Positions 26,297 to 40,033 are shown, counted from the first letter of the stretch. The stretch: 64,000 bases of DNA from Owenia fusiformis (GCA_903813345.2 CAIIXF020000001.1:42470001-42534000), one strand, 5' to 3'. Program-made: numbers and translations. Notes: generated from the letters alone by a model not told the origin.

Positions 26297-29200
26297 ATGG
26301 AAACAAGGTTTGTAAATGTCCTTTGTTGGTGATTCTGCGAGAGTTGGAGTGAAGGATATGATAATATGGAAAGAGCGTGTCAATGTCTTTTTTCTCAAAT
26401 TTACTCGCATATGAAATATGAATATTTCAAAAGATCTCCGATGGCAGAATTTAATAGAATAAAAACAACCAACCAAATTAAAACTGCACAAATTAAAACT
26501 GCTATTCGTATTGAGTTATATTCACATTCATTTTATGCATATCCATAATGCCTGTTTGACCCATCATCGCCATTTCTCAAGTTCGCCCAGTTTTTTTGAC
26601 TAACTGAAACTGATAGGCAAATCTGACTTGAGAAACTGAGTACCTAAAAAAGTGACTATATGTACATGTAGGTACTTAAGTCTTAAACTGAGTACATAAG
26701 TTGAGTACTGAGTAACTAAGAAACTGAGTAGTAAACGAAGTCCGTCCGTCCGTCAACATTGGCCGCACAAATTAAAAGTGCTATTCCGTGGGTCCTTTAT
26801 TCTATTCAAATTGGCTTATTAGCCTTTTGCAGATTATTGACAGTAACAGTTCAGTTCAGGTTGCGATTACCCTCAGCAGAAAAGCTGATTGATCTGTCAC
26901 TGCAGCCATCCTTTGAAAAAGGCAAGATCCGATGAAATCCCAGTTTGGGGGTTTGTGTAAAAAACTGGTTGACCAGGTAGCCGGATGACCAGGCAAGCTT
27001 TATCGTATGCTACGACCCCACTTACCTTGTGGTCGAACGCGTGAACCATTGGTCAGTCGATGTTTCTACAAGGTTGTTTTACATCGGGAATAATTCAGCA
27101 CTTTTCAAGATGTCGGAAGGGGAATCCCCTAAGATACCAATGGCAATGTTGTATTGTACATGGTGTGTTTATTGACAGATAAAAATGGAAATAAAGTTTC
27201 AGAATATGTGTCTGTAATATACTGTATATTAAACAAGTCTGGAAAATCATCATCGTAGAAAGCAATCATCGATAAGTTACCCAGTCACCCATTTGGATAT
27301 CTTTATGGACACCATTATGGTTATAATAAGTAAGAAGAATGAAATGAATTATAAAATGTCTTTGAATACATTTGTTCTGCATATACATGTGCTGAGTGCT
27401 CTGCAATTACAGAAGTCTTGAGGAGATACAGGAAGTACTAGAGTTAGCTAAGTTAGAGCGCTGTGATGTCCAACCAATGGCACAATGTTTCACATTCTCA
27501 GAAGATTTGGGTAATGATTCATTCAAGTTGATGGAACTAAACCCGGACATGTTAGCCACTATAAAAGCTGGAGACAGGTATTGATTTGATGCATTTTCTC
27601 TTTTTAAAGCATCATGGAACTCTATCATTCATTATCTGTTGATCAATTTAATCAAACTCACACATATCCCAACCATATAAAATATAGACTTTTTTTTATT
27701 TTTTAACTAAGGTACTGTATTTCCACACCTTCACAAAAAATGAAAAATGTAGAAGATATACATGTAGCGATATTTTGTTTTGAAACATTTAAAATTTGAA
27801 AAATATCATGCAGACTACGTTAGATTAGATTAATCTTGTATTTGAATTTATTTTATTTGCAGCTTGGTAATAAGAGGAGATGAATCTGATTGTGCTGTGA
27901 TTTGTACTAACAATAAAACATATGAGTTAAAAGAAGCTGAAATATCAAATTCTCTACTACTTATTCCTACTGTTATGTTTCCTGATCAGATGGAAAATAA
28001 AGAAGAAACATTAGAAAACAGACAGGTATAACAATAAATGTTATGTTAGAATTGCATTAACAATTACAGGTAAATATCCCTAAAGTTTCACAAAGATCTT
28101 TTTGCTTTTTATCAAAAAATACTAGATTAGTGGATATGTGGATAACTTTCCCTTAATTTGGGGCTCCTTAAAATTGGCGAATTTGCAATTTCGAACATTT
28201 GGCAGCTAATTAATTTGGCAGATTCGCCAAATTAAACAGCCGCCAAATTAAGTAGAAGTACAGGTACAGTACTCGAATCCAAATAATGTTTTCTCTTTGA
28301 TTTGATGAATTTTGCATTTGATTACTTTCAGGTGGTATCTATTATGCATGACTACCTAGAGTTACGTCCATGTAAGCCAAGGCTACAAAAATTGAGGCAG
28401 TTATTGGAGGAATGTCCATATAAAGGCATACTAGAGGATGCAGAGGGACAATCAGGGAAAAAAGTAAGTACTGGAACAAAACCTTATTATCTTCGTATTA
28501 TGTTCAAATTACATGTAAACAACTGATAAGAATCAAAAATTATTGTAAAACTTCTAATTATCCCAACGAACGAAGTTCGGTAGGGATATAGTGAAGCCCT
28601 CCGTCCGTCCGTCAGTCAGTCAGTCCGTCAGTCAGTCCGTCCGGAAGATAACTCAAATATTAGTTGACAGATTTTCTTCATATTTGGTGGAAAGATGTAT
28701 ATTGATGAATAGTTTTACGCAAAAAATTTTTTTATCAAGATGGCCGCCGCTTTAAAAATGACGGGACTTTTTCGTAAAAATCATAAATTTTTCATTCTAA
28801 ACCAAAGTAATTAATATTATCGTTTGAAATTTTGGTAGTATATTCGCAACATCTATCTATTTCACATATATCCGTGTTTTTCATCCTGACCCCCAGGGGC
28901 CGTGTATGGGGGGTCAGGAAAACAGAAATTTTCGCTAATTTTTAGATCTTTCTGAAGTATAGCTTTATTATACTCAAATGAAAGGCAATTAAGAGTAGAT
29001 TGCAAATATTATATATTTTTTCTGATTCGAGCCTCGTAAAATTCAAAATGGCCGTCTAATGTACGATTTTGCAATAATTTTTTGATCCCTTCAAAGTATG
29101 GCTATATAATACTCAAATTGAAGGAATTTTGGAGTAGATCACAATTATGGTATTATTTGTCAGATTTGTACCTCAAAAAATTCAAAATGGATTTTTTCAA

Positions 29201-32200
29201 GATGGCCGCCGCTTTAAAAATGACGGGACTTTTTCGCAAAAATCATAAATTTTTCATTCTAAACCAAAGTAATTAATATTAATGTTTGAAATTTTGGTAT
29301 TGTATTTGCAACATCTATGTATTTCACATATATTCCATGTTTTTCATCCTGACCCCCAGGGGTCCGTGTATGGGGGGTCAGGAAAACAGAAATTTTTAGA
29401 TCTTTCTGAAGTATAGCTTTATTATACTCAAATGAAAGGCAATTAAGAGTAGATTGCAAATATTGTATCTTTTTTTGATTCGAGTCTCGTAATATTCAAA
29501 ATGGCCGTCTAATGTACGATTTCGCAATAACTTTTCGATCCCTTCAACGGATGGCTATATTTTACTCAAATTGAAGGAATTTTGGAGTAGATTACAATAC
29601 ACTGTATTATTTTTCAGATTTGTACCTCAGAAAATTCAAAATGGCTGCTTTGCAGGAATTCGCAATTCTAAAATCTAAATTTTTCAATTTTAACCAAAGT
29701 AATGAATATAATTGATTGGAATTCGGTAATTGATATTTTGTTCGTTGGGATTTGCTACTCCGCGGAGTTGCCATTATCAAAAATGAACTTTAAATATGCC
29801 TCTGAGGCATCAATTCACTCATATGTAACCATATTCATTGGATCTACTGTCTACGTATGACATATGATGTTCAACGAATAATGTTACTCATAACTGTGAT
29901 GAGAAAAAAGTACAAAACTATGGTTTTATACTAATTGTGAACAAGTGTAAGATGTCAGAACTTTTTTCTAATGTATGCACATCTGATTTATGATTTTAGT
30001 TGGTACACACTTTCAATGTAATTAGGCATATACACTCCCCTCCATAACTTTGGCAACCTTTTTCCCCCATTGAACTACGTGTTAAAGCCTCTTTACATTG
30101 GAATTTTTATTTACTTAACCTGCGATAAAAATACTTATACTATTGATGGAAACGTAATTTGACTTTAATTCCGATACCTCCAATGACTTTAAAGCGCTGT
30201 AACTTTAATATTCATCAAATAAACTAAACACTAGTGTTCAAAAAAGTTAGACAATTCAATTTTCTAAATAAAAATATTTTTTGCTGAATCGTTTACTGAA
30301 AAGATATCCTGATTTGCCCCGAACCCTCATTTCCCATTGGATTACATGGGAATGACGATTTTCAAAAATTCATCAAATTTATCATCAATTTTCGACCTAT
30401 TGTAATTGAGGAAAAAAATTGAGAAAATTTTGAGGTATTGGAAATAAAGTCAAGTTACGTTTCCATCAATATTATAAGTTATTTCATCGCCAGTTAAGTA
30501 AATAAAAATTCAAACGTAAAGAGATTTTAACACGTAGTTCAATGAGGAAAAAAGGTTGCCAAACTTATGGAGGGGAGTGTATAAAAATGCATAGCTGATC
30601 ATCAAGATATTGCAACTGTAAAAGGTGTGACTTTTTCAGTTCACATACAGTGTACTCCAAGACATGGTACAGTGTAGCAACACAGAGCTAGATGCAGCAT
30701 TGAAACAATTGAACGCCTGTAAGATACAAGGTTAGTCATAAAATTTTATCTTTTGAGGTGATTACGCCAACTCAGAGAATACTCTACGTACTTTGAGAGT
30801 ACATAGATGGACCAATCTCCATGTATACATCTACCTCCAGGTGGTTTCAACTGTAAAAGTTCTGGGATAAACTGTATTTGATATTCAACTATAATTCTCA
30901 CATTACACCAAGGATTTCTATCAAGCAAATGCCAATGTTTCTACAGTGTTTCTTGGTTCGTGCAGTGCACCTTTGGATTGTTAGTTGACAAGAATCCTTT
31001 TAAAGTCTCAGGGCGACTCTGTGAAATATCATGTTGGAATGTCACTCAAGGAAATATTAGTTACATGTACATGTGATCAAATATAAGTCTCTTTAAAAAC
31101 GTGTATTTTCAATTTGGTTGAATCTTTTGAAGGTCATATTCCAGCGATTTTCCAAAACACTGCTGCAGATGCTGAAATTCTGAAATATGTCTTTTTCAGA
31201 ATATTGGAGGGTGACTGATTTTGAGTACCTGATCAAAGTGTTGACCAACATCACCAACCTATGTACAGAAAATGACTGGCCAATAGATAGGATTCCCTTA
31301 CAAGAGGTCTCACAGCAACTAGAAGATGATGGCACCTTTGCCAGGTATATTATAGACAGACATGCCAGGCCCGTAGCCAGGGGGGGTTCGCATGGTTCGG
31401 GCGAACCCCCCCCCCCTGGCCAAAAATTCTTTCAAAATCATGCAGTTTTTCACCATTCTGAGCACTTTTTAGGTGATTTTGGCCCTTTTTGGACCCAAAT
31501 TGTCAAAAGTGAACCCCCCCCTGGAATTTTCCAAAAAGTGAACCCCCCCTTGGCAAATCCTGGCTACGGGCCTGCATGCTACATGTGCATGTAGTATTCC
31601 CCCTGAACCTTTTTCTGAATAATGCACAAAGTTCTCAAAAGATATCAAAGATCATTTTTCACATATCCTGTTTGAGATGATAAAAATTATGAACATTGCT
31701 TGCATTTTCGATAACCCTCTTCATTTAAGATCATCACCTTTTGTAGGGTTGTGGTAGAACATGTGCTGACATCTTTTGGCACCCCTGTGAACTCCGACAC
31801 AGACATGGAAACAGATGCAGGTAGGATATACAATGAAATTGTAATTATTATCCATCACTTCCCAATGATCCCCTGTGTGAAACAGTAAATGGCCCGTCAA
31901 ATTATTTGATGATATTTAAATAGGCCTAATAAGGATTCTTTCACTAAATCATGTTTTTTGCAGGGTGATATATTTGATGATTGTACCCTTTACTAGGGCA
32001 CTTTGATATCTGTTTTTTAATGTATGTCTTTGTTGCCATAAATATAGCATGTGTGACAAAAATATTCTCTACCTACATGTATATATCAGTAAAGGAGTAT
32101 TTTCATCAGTTTCAAATCTTTAAAAGAAAATATGTCAGGTCAGTTTGGCAACTTGTATAGTTTGATCTTTTATCTTGCTCTTCTACTGCAGGACCATCTT

Positions 32201-33912
32201 TCTATAAACTAGATGAGGATAAGATGTGTAGGCTTTATGCTGATATGATTCTACGAGATACTAAAAAGGTAAGAAAGTTGAAATAGTAAAGTATCAATAT
32301 TTCATTGTTATCCCACAATATAATATTTCATATTAACTCCCTCTACCTCCCAGTCGTAGCTCAAAAAATACCATTGGTCCAATTTCATTTACATTTTATA
32401 CCCAATTTGAGTACAAGTTCTGCTTGAAAGCCTATTTTGAAAACAGCCAACGGTTTCAAATTAACTTGCCTCCCATCATATTCTCCATTGTTCCTTATGG
32501 AAACTTACTAAAAAATGTTTTTTTTAATTCAGTTTAATTTCCAAGAGTTCATGGATGCCTGGCAGCAGTGTGTACCTGAAGGAATGAAAACTGATGAGTT
32601 CCAGTTGCAGGTACAATCTGTATTATTTTGATAATGCTAGTAAGAATATGCTACTTAAAGCTTATTCTACAGAAGTGTTCAGCAGTGCAATTAGTTTGCC
32701 TGAACTTATTTTAATTCTTCACTACACGTAATTACTTTTTCAATTTTGATTTTTTGTTACATATACATGTACGAGTACTTGCTGTTGAGTCCACCATTTT
32801 GTTAACACATTGATTGGTGAGAATTCCTACATTGCTTCAGAGAGTGTACATAAACTCTAATATGTGCTCTAAAGCCTTCAACATCATTTTCAATTATTTT
32901 AGGGTTTAGCACTAATTGATCGAGACAGTAGCCCAGAAATCATTACCTACTTCCCTGTAGAGAATCTACCAGACGAGGTAGATGAGCGATTCACAAAACT
33001 TTTTACACAAAAAGAGAAATGGACTAAAGATGAAATAACACCTTATATCAAGTAAGCCATAGCATTGTCATATAATACCCCTTAAGTGCCCACCCCCTTC
33101 TTGTTAATATTGATGAATTACACATCATATTATTGATTCATCAACAGATGGGCCATCATTTCTGTCAATTTGGTTATTGCAGGTAAATTGGCAGGTAAAT
33201 TGACATTTGAACTCAAAAAAGTCATCTTTATCAAAGAAATATCTTATCATATTTTCAAGTTATTAAGTTGACATTAGTTTAAAAAGTTACACTTATTTCT
33301 GGATTGCTTATGGCAACCAAAATGTAAAGCATTTTAAAAGCAACATATTGATTTGACAAATAACTTTAATTTCAAATAAAATTTCAGTGAGATTTCGTAT
33401 TTGAATCTAAGCTTGGAGGAAATGCAGAATGTCACTTGACTCTTGGGTGATTTTGAAGTATTGTCTGTACAAAGTCAACTTTTGTAGAAATATGAAACCA
33501 CCTTCTAATTTGCCTCATTGACCTTCTATTGTTTATCAAAAATTTTCTCTCAAAATCAGGAAATTAGGATGATAAGCAGGGAAAATTTGTAGGGAATTTC
33601 AGTCACAAAAAACGAGTGACAACTTACACTACATGTAATACCCGGCCGAGTGTAGAGTTGCCTAAATCATTCATGCGTGTTACCTCTCAGTCCAGTCATC
33701 AGACAGACATAGACTTAATTTTTCAAGGACATGTCAATCCCCCAGGATGTGTGGAATATATGAGTGTTTCCACTGTCCATATGTTTGTTCTTTTAATTTC
33801 CAGTGATCTTGCAACGGAAAAGATTGGTGTAGGGTCCCTTTTGATGAAGTACGCAAGAGGATCAATGCAGAAAGGAGTAAAAGTCTTCAACAGTAGAAAA
33901 CCATTGTCCTGA
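26297..33912 (+). CDS. DSCC1: Sister chromatid cohesion protein DCC1 (CTF18-RFC subunit), 11 exons, ~397 aa
   Basis: Exons: 26297-26307 (ATGGAAACAAG|GTTTGT, the least certain), 27413-27577, 27863-28025, 28332-28463, 30640-30730, 31200-31344, 31747-31820, 32192-32268, 32533-32610, 32903-33051, 33804-33912. All phases are consistent. Translation: METRSLEEIQEVLELAKL...SLVIRGDESDCAVICTNNKTYELKEAEISNSLL...EFMDAWQQCVPEGM...LFTQKEKWTKDEITPYI...LLMKYAR...FNSRKPLS*. AATAAA at 34153-34158. Confidence 0.93.
28558..29775 (+). mobile_element. Helentron-associated (HINE/DINE-1-like) non-autonomous element with internal ~460-bp tandem repeat
   Basis: 5' TCCCAACGAA (28561) is inverted at 29741 (TTCGTTGGGA). 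There is a GTCC/GTCA microsatellite at ~28600-28640, two ~460-bp units starting at 28736 and 29198, and a 3' hairpin ACTCCG/CGGAGT at ~29757-29768. Confidence 0.8.
30033..30579. mobile_element. Tc1-type foldback MITE
   Basis: TA-CACTCCCCTCCATAA...TTATGGAGGGGAGTG-TA. Inverted arms are ~150 bp. Confidence 0.9.
31366..31574. mobile_element. Short MITE with TIR CAGGCCCGTAGCCAGG and 5-bp TSD CATGC
   Basis: Perfect 16-bp TIR with CATGC on both sides, inserted 21 bp into a DSCC1 intron. Confidence 0.88.
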
Positions 33913-35034
33913 CCTTCAATCTACCAGATTAATGTTATAATTTATATCATCATTTAAATGCTTACACAACTCTAGAAATTTTGTGTCTTATTTTATAAGT
34001 GACACACAAAAATAATAACAATAGGACATAAAAATAACACACTTCAAATTGATTTAAAATATCAATCTCTTGATAATTTTTAAGCTGCCGTTTAATGAAC
34101 AAATATCCGAATATATACAAGATATTATTAACATCCATATACTGTGAAATAGAATAAACGCTGTATTTTATTTATATACACATACATGCATCCTGTAAAA
34201 TTGATTATGCCATATATTTTATGTGTTGATACATTGTACTCGTGATTAAACCATAAGACTAATCACAAAATGACCCATTATTCTATGATAACACCTGGTC
34301 TTGGATTGAATGTCTTCAACAGGAGTAATAGATTTTACTGCACTGACCTGCTTCTATCCACAGGTTTAGTTTTCTGTACAAAGTACAACTTGTACAATCA
34401 GTTACCTAGAGACTGCGCTGTATATGTAGTATAACGCACAGTCTTTAGTCTACCTTTCATAATTACTGCATACTGACTTTGGTATAGAGTGCCGATGTCG
34501 TCGTGGAACATTATCCCTATTTTTGAAGGGCAACGTCTCTCTTTTTTCTGAAATGATCTGTTATTTCCGTGGAAATACACGTCGCTTTAATATTTTAATA
34601 TTCCAGGGGGCTATGAGGTGACCACGTACAGAAAGTGCATTTTATGTAATTTATTTTCCTATATATTAATAATCAATTACTTAATCTTAAATGTACAACA
34701 ATCAACATTTATGTAAAATATAAAAATATGGATCTAGCCCTGAACATAAATATTATAAATCACGAACCTAGATGTTTATACATCAGTAATACACTTTAAT
34801 TGTGTAAACTGTAGTAAACATCTGAGACCATCATAAAATCAGGTAATCATACAGTATAAATACATTTAGTGTATACGCATATACATTAGTTCAGAAGTTT
34901 ATAATGAAACGTCAATAAAAGCGTTAACTGAAAGAAGATAATTAGAATTAGATGTGTCTCATCTAAAAAAAGCTGTTCGCGTCATCATTTATGTTTTATT
35001 TGTCTATAATGGCAAGCAGCTCTACACGGTTTCT

Positions 35035-35197
35035 AGACAACTCATCCCAAGACAACTCATCCCAAGACAAGTCATCCCTAAGACAACTCATCCCAAGACA
35101 AGTCATCCCTAAGACAACTCATCCCAAGACATCTCATCCCAAGACATCTCATCCCAAGACAACTCATCCCAAGACATCTCATCCCAAGACAACTCAC
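35035..35197. repeat. 15-bp tandem repeat (AGACAACTCATCCCA)n, probably a subterminal array of a DNA transposon
   Basis: About 10-11 copies are directly visible. Confidence 0.9.
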
Positions 35198-35270
35198 AGT
35201 ACTTACTAAGCATAAAGTCATAAACAAGGAATTTAGCGAAGAAAACTATATCCCTTTTCGGTGAATAGTA

Positions 35271-37035
35271 TCAGTCAAGCCGAGTAACTAAGTCAACATT
35301 CGAAAATAAAAATCTCAAAAATCGTACATCTTTGATTTCCAAAATAATTTGTGAGGTGGTTATTAAGATGATAATACACATTTTAACGTATTAATTTTGA
35401 GTACATCTCGAATCCATTCTCAACAAAGTGTCCTCGAAATCAGTATTCGGAATATTTGAGTTCGGGATGATAAAAGTACGTTAAGATATACCGCTCCTTA
35501 ACAAACTCCTTTGGGAACACGATATAGAATCAAATGCATATTCTTTTTATTTACTCCCTGACACATGCCAACGAATGTTACATAAGTAAATATCTCAGTT
35601 TTAAATAATTTTGTAAACGTTGTTCTCTACAGGTGCCATTTTTTATAATTGAAAAACAAAATTGAACATTTTGGATTTTTAAATTGATAAGTTTCTTGGA
35701 ATACAACTTAACCGTTAACGATTTAAGTCATTAATAATATTTCCCTATTAGTGATCCCATGCTAAATAAACAGTAACTAGGTCATTGTTTTGTGTTCAAA
35801 CTTGTTTTCATGACTTTTAAACACGAGTCGACAATTATGTAGGAAATTTCAATTCCAAATGTAAGCGTGTCAACTCCTGTTTTTGCACAAAATTTAGCCC
35901 TTTATAATGATAGATCGTCAAAATCTGCATGTACCTCTCACTGAGGCGACATGTTTTTAAATTAATAGATGCTGAGCTATAAACTCAAACAAAAATTCAA
36001 ACCACCCGCTAATATTTTGATTACACAAGACGAAATTTCCACTCCCGGGGAGCACTGTGGTAACACTTTGAAGCAGGATTCTCGAAAAATCGTTCTTGTC
36101 TTTCACAAAAGGTTTCTCGCAATTTTATTGCTTTGTTTAAGCCTCGACTCATATCATACTCAAATCCGATACCATAATTATGAATTAAAATGAAACATTA
36201 AACTCACCAGGTTATATGATAAACCGTTTCGAGAATCGATGATTTGAGTTAACTGTGGATACTTATATAAATGTTAATCGGCATGTATTCGACAGTTAAT
36301 GTACAAACATGATGTATGCATCAAGTGTGACTTAAATATAAATTCGTGACTATCATATTTGGCTTTCAAAAATTAAGTTGGAAGTTACAGCGGTTGGAGA
36401 TTAACGAAAACGTCAATCACATCCAAATATCCGAACGACGTCAAGTATTAACAATACACTTTTCGTCCATCTCGAACAAGGCAAGGTTCTGTGATCCAGC
36501 AACGTGCATTCCAAAAGAAAAAATTCACAAATATCAACAAATTTCATTGAGTTGGATATTACTTTCGAAATCACAACTTTCGAAAAAAAAATTTTAACCA
36601 CGAATTTTAAGAACTTCAAACATGTTGTTAGTTTTTCAAACCGCATATCCTCATTTACGTTTTTTGAAAAGGATGAATTCATTTGAAAATATGGATTTTC
36701 TTGATTATTATTCAAAACTACCCTTGAAATATAAGTATGTGGGATATTACAGTGTAAATTGACACTCATTTATTTGCTCCATATCATCAAAAAATAAGTG
36801 CAGTACCATCTTTCAATATTTGAAAACAGAAAGTTCATTTTGTATGTAAACAAGAAAAAATACTTTTATGGTTGATTCATAATGAAAAATGACAAATAAC
36901 ATACATCTTTTGAATTAGGGGTATACGGGGACATAGTGGAAATTCAGAAATTTAAACCATATCCCCAAGATTGCTTCAACAATATTGATGGACATACGAA
37001 TATCGAATGTTGACGAAGTTACTTGACTTGACCGG
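35271..37035. mobile_element. 1.77-kb non-autonomous TA-TSD element
   Basis: TA-TCAGTCAAGCCGAGTAACTAAGTCAACATTCGA...TCGAATGTTGACGAAGTTACTTGACTTGACCGG-TA. No transposase ORF. Confidence 0.75.
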
Positions 37036-37541
37036 TATATCAGAATTGACGGTCACATTTTCACATGCATATTCCAAATTTTACAGATCATGGGATGATA
37101 TACGTAGCTAATGGGCAGGCTTGATAGGGTTGTTGTTGGCCTAAATGTTGGCCTTAAAATATTGGAATTTCTTAAAAAAGAATTTGACCGTTTTCAAATT
37201 AAAAAAAACATTTTGAAAGAATTCTTCAGATGAAAGAACAATATAATAAGGTAAACTGATCGTTCTATAGTCGGTTTCGGATATTTGGATTATCCTTGGC
37301 CAATATAATGTCCTTGGGACCTGTGGCCCTTTGGCGTCGGGATAATCTCAATATAATGAACCTCATATCGGATAATCTCTATGTATCTCATACTTTGGGA
37401 ATATATATCATATCTGAAGTGGGGGTAGGATATATTGTTTATGTCCCCCCCCCACTTGTCCATGCGGTTCCTCGGCTACGTAAGGATGTGTCCCTAAGGA
37501 TTTTTGTTGAATCGTCGATTCGTATTGAACGTGACAGTGTA

Positions 37542-38534
37542 CAGGGTGACCGGAAAAAAAGGAGACCATTGAAGTAATCAATTTCTCCTAAACTAGACAA
37601 GTGCCATCAATGAAATTTTGCATACACTGGAACAGTTATATGGAAATTTGTTACTGAAGGTTTCAATACAAGCATTCAACTGGTTCAGGAGCTATGATCA
37701 TTTACATAACATGCTCCAAATAGGCACAATTGAGACCAACGCAGAGTTGGATTCATATGGCAAACTACCCTTACATGTTCTGCCCTCTATGGCATTATTA
37801 TGGCATTACATATAGCAGTGATTGCCTTCTTTAGGTCAACAATAGTCTGAGGATTGTTTTGGTATAGATTGTCTTTCAAATATCCATACAAAAAGAAATC
37901 AGCAGGATTCAAGTCTAGGCTGAAATGGCAATGAAGGGTTATCTGACATGTGGTTCATCATCCTGTTGCCAAAGTGCTGATTTACCAAATCTTAAGAGTC
38001 ACTTTAGGTATTGGGCATAGTGCCATGTTACTAAAACCACTATATGGCACAATTAAATCCCATATGAAAACCAAGGGCTGCCCAAAACCTCCTTAGGATG
38101 ATACTGTAACTGAGTGGGACCACTGAGTCAGAAGCCATAGGTCAGATAAGCTTCGTCTCCATACACCTCAAATTTGAATCCACCTGATTTCTTTTTGTGG
38201 GGCAATTTGAAAGACAATGTGTACCAAAACAATCCTGAGACAATTGCTGACCTAAAGGTGGCAATAAATGCTAAATGTAATGCCATAACAAGGTCGGAAT
38301 ATGTAAGGGTATTTGCCAAATGTATCCAGCTCTGCGTTGGTCTCAATTGCGCCTATTTGGAGCATGTTATGTAAATGATCATAGCTCCTGAACCAGTTGA
38401 CTGCTTGTATTGACACTTTCAGGAACAAATTTCCATAGAACTGTCCTGATGTATGCAAAATTTCATTGATGTCACTAGTCTATTTTAGGAGATATTGCCT
38501 ATTTCAATGGTCTCCTTTTTTTCCGTTCGCCCTG
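37542..38534. mobile_element. Tc1/mariner foldback element with decayed transposase C-terminus in both arms
   Basis: TA-CAGGGTGACCGGAAAAAA...TTTTCCGTTCGCCCTG-TA. The + arm encodes LNPPDFFLWGNLKDNVYQNNPETIADLKVAI. The - arm encodes DLNPADFFLYGYLKDNLYQNNPQTIVDLKKAI. Confidence 0.9.
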
Positions 38535-39715
38535 TAGAATATGAGAATAAATGTCTCCGATTTCCTGTCTCTAAATGTATCATACGATTGAATGTTATTA
38601 GCAGAGTAGATAAGGGCGGGATCATTGATAATTAATCAGAGATATTCTATTTATATCTTGGATCGCCTTTGGTTTATTTCAATAATCATATTACATTGTT
38701 TTATTGTCATAGATCAATCAGTTTGCCCACTGAAAATTCCAATATTTATAAGACAAAATTTTCTGATCAATGAACTTTCAATTACGTCAACCATAACTGT
38801 CTATTCGATGTACTTTTGCTGGAAATGTTTTGACTTGTATTAGGTAGCTACGTGTAGGTTGATATAAAATATAGGTCATGTCATGACGACAAACAAGGAA
38901 AACATCGAGTCAATGACTCGTACAGATGGCACCTCACTAATTGTCAGTTTATTCGATTGTTCTTCAAACGACAATTATTTCGGTTTTTGAACCTCAGATA
39001 CTTAAAATTAAGCAAGCTAATGTTACGTTTTGCCCCAGCCCAATATTTGTACAAGACTTACTTATCAAATATGGTGATCACATAGCTCCATTTCCATTTT
39101 CTAGATTTTTACTGGAACTGATTTTTTTTAAAATAGGATTGTGAAAATGGCTTATCGTGCAGCTTATCAGAATCACCTAAAAGTGAGTATATTTTTGTTT
39201 TCGATTTTCGTTTTCTCGTATGTGTAGTGGACTATTAAGACGACTGAAATCACAGTTCCAACTGACTCATTGGGCCTCGCTCCTCATTGATCCACCAGAG
39301 AAACATATTTTCCTTCAGGAGCGAAATCTCAGTGACCATTTGTCCATTCATGTCACAAAATATTGTACTTTATTAATGTAATTTACAAGCTGAGAACAGT
39401 ATAGATGGCTTGTTTATGTTTCTTTTTCTCAAATTTTCGATTTCATTAGTTTGATCGAAAAAATATATTTCGATTTTTCGATATTTTTGCTGAAAATAGT
39501 TTGATCGAAAAAATATATTTTTCAGGTTTCGAAATTTTCAATTCTTCGATTTTATTAAAAAATGAATTTCCATGTTTTCGATATCATGTAAAATTATGAT
39601 AATTGCCGTCACCGCACAATATTCAGCTTATATTCGAATCGTTCAAACCTGGCAAAATGTTTGCCATCTAATATTTTGGGTATAGCTTGGAAAATATTAT
39701 AAAACTATCTAAAGT

Positions 39716-39906
39716 TTGGGTAAGGGGTTAGGTTTAGTGCTTAGGGTTAAAGTTAGGATGAGGGCTGATGATTTAGAATTAAGGTTGGGGTTCAGGGTTC
39801 GAGCTAATGGTTAACGTTAGGGTTTGGGTTAAGGGCTTAGAGTTAATGTTAGGGGTAAGGGTTGAGAGTTAAAGGGTTAGGGGTTGGGTTTTAAGGCTTG
39901 GGGTTA
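39716..39906 (+). repeat. Degenerate telomere-like (TTAGGG-related) tract
   Basis: GGGTTAGGTTTAG...TTAGGGTTAAAGTTAGG...TTAGGGTTTGGGTTAAGGG, embedded in TTTTCGA-rich repeat DNA. Confidence 0.6.
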
Positions 39907-40033
39907 CTCGGAGTTTTCGAAATCTATTCTGAAGCCATAAAGCATTCTGTAATGAATCGAAAATGTCGAAAAATTCGAAATGCATTTTGTAGTTATATAT
40001 TTCTTAACTTAAAACTCGAAATATTATAGGAAT

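Noticed and set aside
26843..27197. Higher-GC segment ending in AATAAA within DSCC1 intron 1, as a retrocopy or LINE fragment
   Set aside because: I found no recognisable reading frame or motif, so it cannot be assigned from sequence alone.
31345..31594. Pro-rich C-terminal extension of ORF 31187-31594
   Set aside because: It is read-through past the DSCC1 donor at 31344 into a MITE.
34991..35209. ORF with HPKT repeats
   Set aside because: It is the translation of a 15-bp tandem repeat.
38174..38374. Active transposase gene (also 50744-50944)
   Set aside because: Only C-terminal fragments with stops and frameshifts are present, inside MITE arms.
39716..39906. True telomere or chromosome fusion site
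   Set aside because: The tract is short, highly degenerate, in a single orientation and embedded in a dispersed-repeat-like context.
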